64,000 bases of DNA from assembly GCA_965223905.1 (NCBI GenBank), contig CBDCXV010000011.1:1728001-1792000 (forward strand). The letters are read 5' to 3'. The notes below the pieces were generated by a model. It was not told the DNA's origin and ran no database searches. It saw nothing but the letters and a program-made list of their open reading frames with translations. Both the position numbers and the translations under genes were made by a program. Source of the stretch: Candidatus Latescibacterota bacterium (GTDB lineage: Bacteria; Latescibacterota; UBA2968; UBA8231). Shown here piece after piece: positions 62,637 through 64,000 of the stretch (its first letter is position 1; every line of letters begins with the position of its first letter).

Positions 62637-64000
62637 TCAGGCGCTCCGGGAGCGGCTCCTTCGGGCCAGCAGCTCCCCTGTCTCCGTCGAGCTCAGGCTC
62701 CAGCCCGGCGGCACCACCGTCGTCGATTCGACCTCTTCGACGATCAGGGGGCCCGTTTCGGTGAAAGCGGCAGGCAGGGCGTAGCGGTCGAAGACCGGCA
62801 CCGGCCGCGGGCAGCCGTCGAAGAAGACCTCGCGCTCCCCCTTCAGCGGGGTCCCGCACGACCCGGGGGCCCGCAGCTGCAGCCGCGGCCTGGGCCCGGA
62901 GACGGTGACGCGCCAGTGGATGGCCTCGACGGGAACCCCCTCGCAGATGCGCCCGTAGGACCTGCGGTACTCGGCGTCGAAGGCCTCCTGCAGCGCCGTT
63001 CCGGGCTGCTCCTCGAGGCGCCCGTCCGGCAGCGGCACGCGGATTTCGTGCCCCTGGCCGACGTAGCGCATGTCCGCGGTGCGCACCACCACGACCTGCT
63101 TCCCGGAGACGCCCCCGGCGGCGACAATGCCCCGCCCCCGGGTTTCGAGGCCGGCGAGCAGCTCGTCGACCCTGCCGGGGTCGACCTCCTCCAGCCGGAC
63201 CACGAGGGACTGGGAAAAGTCGAACGACAGCGGCGCCAGCAGCAGCCCGATCGCCGACGAGACCCCTGCCGCGCCCGGCACGATCACCGTCTCGATGCCG
63301 AGCAGCTCCGCGACCTTGCAGGCGTGCACCGGCCCGGCGCCGCCGGTGGCGACCATGGCGCAGGCGGCGACGTCGAGGCCGCGCTCGGCGGCGTGAACGC
63401 GCGCGGCGTTTGCCATGTTCTCGTTGACCAGCCGGTGGATCCCCCAGGCGGCCGCGGCGGTATCAGGTTCCGCCGGATGGCCGCCGGCCCGGTCCGGGTC
63501 GCTCAGGCCGCGGGCGAAGCGGCAGACCGCCCGCGCCGCGGCCTCCGGGTCGAGGGCCATCTCCCCTCCGAGAAAGAAGCCGGGGTTGAGGAACCCGAGC
63601 AGGAGGTCGGCGTCGGTGACCGTCGGGAGCTCCCCGCCGAGGCCGTAACAGGCCGGGCCGGGGGAGGAGCCGGCGCTGTCCGGGCCGACCGCGGGCAGGC
63701 CGAGCGGGTCGATGCGGGCGATGCTGCCGCCGCCGGCCCCGACCTCGATCATGTCGAGAACGGGAACCAGCAGGGGCAGCCCGCTGCCCCGTTTGAAGCG
63801 GTACACGCGGGCCACCTCGGACTCGGTCGTGATCGGGAACTCCCCGCCGGTGCTGAGGAAGGCCTTGGCCGTGGTGCCCCCCATGTCGAAGGCGAGCAGG
63901 TCCTCGAAGCCGCAGCGCCTCGCCGCCTCCGCGGCCGCCAGGGCGCCGCCGCAGGGCCCGGACTCGACCAGCCGCACCGGGAACTCGGCCGCGGTGGCCG
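62637..64000 (-). CDS. hyuA: hydantoinase A/5-oxoprolinase family subunit, partial (5' end outside window)
   Basis: ESGP, FDMGGTTAK, IEVGAGGGS, SSPGPACYG.GG..PTVTDA, DMRYVGQGHE. Confidence 0.92.
   Translation of the reverse strand, partial: ATAAEFPVRLVESGPCGGALAAAEAARRCGFEDLLAFDMGGTTAKAFLSTGGEFPITTESEVARVYRFKRGSGLPLLVPVLDMIEVGAGGGSIARIDPLGLPAVGPDSAGSSPGPACYGLGGELPTVTDADLLLGFLNPGFFLGGEMALDPEAAARAVCRFARGLSDPDRAGGHPAEPDTAAAAWGIHRLVNENMANAARVHAAERGLDVAACAMVATGGAGPVHACKVAELLGIETVIVPGAAGVSSAIGLLLAPLSFDFSQSLVVRLEEVDPGRVDELLAGLETRGRGIVAAGGVSGKQVVVVRTADMRYVGQGHEIRVPLPDGRLEEQPGTALQEAFDAEYRRSYGRICEGVPVEAIHWRVTVSGPRPRLQLRAPGSCGTPLKGEREVFFDGCPRPVPVFDRYALPAAFTETGPLIVEEVESTTVVPPGWSLSSTETGELLARRSRSRSA

Noticed and set aside
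1-64000. tRNA, rRNA, integrase/transposase, defence systems, selenocysteine or readthrough signals
   Set aside because: None recognised by eye; tRNAscan-SE and Infernal would be needed to exclude small RNAs definitively.

Overview
High-GC bacterial window, densely coding. I found no rRNA, tRNA, CRISPR array or transposase. Gene content resembles Candidatus Latescibacterota/FCB-group genomes (inference): FlgD-Ig/CHU_C-tailed secreted proteins, a 'TAVE..TWG.LK' tail, DUF6785/DUF6784 membrane proteins, DUF4838, PhyH, Gfo/Idh/MocA and Asp-box proteins. The most notable feature is a promoter-led minus-strand cluster (18669 to 5191, possibly continuing to 968). It encodes a TWG-tailed CBM9-like protein, three paralogous secreted proteins ending in a PFTPNGDGIND/FlgD-like domain, a ~906-aa unknown Asp-rich protein with a beta-barrel-like C-terminus, a double-parvulin+TPR lipoprotein and a small lipoprotein, followed by a GT-C+TPR glycosyltransferase and a CxxCH+FG-GAP protein. 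This looks like a dedicated surface-protein export/assembly module. The rest is carbohydrate/acid and xenobiotic catabolism, two MITE-like elements and several internally deleted or relic genes. All family assignments come from motif recognition by eye; no database searches were run.
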